From the NCBI GenBank assembly GCA_043228905.1, contig JBHGNT010000003.1, positions 7,936,001 to 8,000,000 of the forward strand: 64,000 nt of DNA, written 5' to 3'. Each line of letters starts with the position of its first letter. The stretch's first letter is position 1. Below, piece after piece: positions 62,201 to 64,000 of the stretch. This DNA comes from Azolla caroliniana. Its lineage: Eukaryota > Plantae > Polypodiophyta. The notes under the pieces were generated by a model. It was not told the DNA's origin. It saw only the letters and a list, made by a program, of their open reading frames with translations, and searched no databases. Position numbers and translations under genes: made by a program.

Positions 62201-64000
62201 TGTTGGGATTTCGGTCCCTTTCGGATGGGATGGTCGGATATCGGAGATGAATGCCGACAAGCCCGGTATCGGTTTCGGTACCGGATGACGAAGACCCCGG
62301 TTTCGGTACCGGATGACGAAGACCCCGGTTTTCGGTACCGGATGACGAATGTACCCGGAGAGCGATCCGGATGCAGGGACATATCCGTGAATATGTTCGC
62401 TATGGGCCCCTGTGGCTACAGTTGTAAATAGCCCAAAGTCATATAAGTATAAATATGACTTAGGGCAAACAGTTTTACTGTTGCTTCTTATTTTTTCTGT
62501 TTTTCCACTTTAGAGAAGTGAAGAGAGAGCAGCCGTGAGAGAGAGAGAGAGATAGAGCGCGAGAGAGAGAAGAGGTAGACGCCTCTGTGTATTTCCGCCG
62601 CCTGTGGCGAGGACAGCGAGCTCAAGGTCGTCGCCTTGGAGCTCGTCATTGTATACTTCTCTGTATAGTGTTGTTTGGAGTCTTGTACTCCCGTGGTTTT
62701 TTTCCCGTCCGGGTTTTCCACGTTAATCCCTGTGTACTCGCGTTTCTTTTGTTTCTCGTGTGGTTCCTATTTTCTGCTCCATTGATCCGCGATTACTCGG
62801 TTGTGGCCGAGTGAAGAAGGTGAATCGAAGCGTTGATTCCCATCAATCTGGTATCAGAGCGACTGTTGCAGAAAATGGAAGGCGGCGGCAGCGGGCAGCC
62901 GGGGATGATGGTGCTGAATGCACAGAATTACGCCGACTGGAAGATCAAGATGGAGGATCTTCTGATTGTTCGGGACCTGTACGAACCGATCGACAGGTCG
63001 GAAATACCGAAGGGGGTACTTGAGTCGGAGTGGAAGCTCCTGAACCGGAAAGCCGTAGCGACGATCCGACAATATGTCGATGTAAGCGTCCTACAACATG
63101 TGGCGAACGACACCAACGCATATGAGATGTGGAAGAAGCTGTCGGGCCTCTACGAGAGGAAGAATGCGTTGAACCGGACCTCCCTGATGAGGAAGATAGT
63201 GAATCTCAAGTACCGGGACGGCGAGAGTATGGTGGAACACGTAAGCACGTTCATGGGATTCGTGAATCAGCTTGCGGCGATCAAGTTCCCGTTGGAGGAT
63301 GCAATGCAAGCCATCATCCTGATGTGTACATTGCCGGAAAGCTGGGAGAACTTGGTGGTGACTCTCAGCACCTCCTGCACAGAAGATAACTTGTCCTTGC
63401 AAACGGTAAAGACAAGTATTTTGAACGAAGAAGCGCGTCGGAGAGATAAAGAACCGGCCTCCGACCCGAAGGCGCTGCTTACCGAATCGGATCGGGGAAG
63501 ACAATGGAACCGGAGTCCGCAAAGACGGGAGAAGTCGGGGACCCGGTCGCAGTCAAGAGGAAGGCCCACATGCTTCCACTGTGGGAAACCGGGGCACTTC
63601 CGAAAGAATTGTCGGCATTACCGAAAAGACAATGGAACCGACAACACCGATTCGAAGAAGTCACCGGAGAGAAACGGTGCATACCGGGGAGCCACGGACC
63701 GGAGAGGTTCGGATCGGCGAGGGCAGGACCGGAAAGGAACGACGGCACTCGCGGCAAGTGAGGAAGAAATCATGCTCATCACCGAAGAAGATGAGCTAAA
63801 CATTGCCGGCGATGAGACGACCTGGGTGGTCGATTCCGGAGCATCGTTCCACCTGACCCCGGAGAGAAGATACTTCTCATCCTACACAGCCGGTGAGCAT
63901 GGCTGTGTTCGGATGGGAAACGAAGGTACGTGCCGGATTGCCGGCATAGGAGATGTGTGGTTGACAACCCCGACCGGATGTAAAATGCTGCTGAAGAATG
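62201..64000 (+). mobile_element. Ty1/Copia element 3 (5' LTR, PBS, start of gag-pol; runs off the window)
   Basis: LTR 62201-62845 (TG..CA), PBS 62849-62860; same family as copies 1 and 2. Confidence 0.96.
62875..64000 (+). CDS. Copia-3 gag-pol N-terminus (partial; open to the window end)
   Basis: MEGGGSGQPG... nearly identical to copy 1; CCHC and DSGAS motifs. Confidence 0.9.
   Translation, partial: MEGGGSGQPGMMVLNAQNYADWKIKMEDLLIVRDLYEPIDRSEIPKGVLESEWKLLNRKAVATIRQYVDVSVLQHVANDTNAYEMWKKLSGLYERKNALNRTSLMRKIVNLKYRDGESMVEHVSTFMGFVNQLAAIKFPLEDAMQAIILMCTLPESWENLVVTLSTSCTEDNLSLQTVKTSILNEEARRRDKEPASDPKALLTESDRGRQWNRSPQRREKSGTRSQSRGRPTCFHCGKPGHFRKNCRHYRKDNGTDNTDSKKSPERNGAYRGATDRRGSDRRGQDRKGTTALAASEEEIMLITEEDELNIAGDETTWVVDSGASFHLTPERRYFSSYTAGEHGCVRMGNEGTCRIAGIGDVWLTTPTGCKMLLKN

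Overview
AT-rich land-plant nuclear DNA. The left half holds three intact, intron-rich genes, all on the minus strand: chloroplast co-chaperonin CPN20 (5 exons), calreticulin (14 exons, HDEL) and a WDR91-like WD40 protein (14 exons). The WDR91-like gene has one clear U12 AT-AC intron and a probable second U12 GT-AG intron. Degenerate Gypsy, Copia, LINE and possibly hAT remnants lie between and within these genes. The right half is a nested transposon stack: a full-length L1-type LINE bounded by (GA)n (~36410-60737) is interrupted by a chromodomain Gypsy element (38493-56354, TSD TCACG) and by a solo-LTR-like insert. The Gypsy is interrupted by two very young Tnt1/Tork-like Copia elements in opposite orientations, and a third copy of that Copia family starts at 62201. 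The most unusual items are (i) a 230-bp fold-back element made of two inverted U3 ends of the Gypsy LTR with a 5-bp TSD, (ii) a regularly spaced hairpin array in the Gypsy leader, (iii) TG...TA LTR ends, (iv) mosaic Copia LTRs, (v) the (GA)n-bounded LINE and (vi) a short element sitting upstream of two of the three genes. All exon and boundary calls were made by eye; no database search was run.
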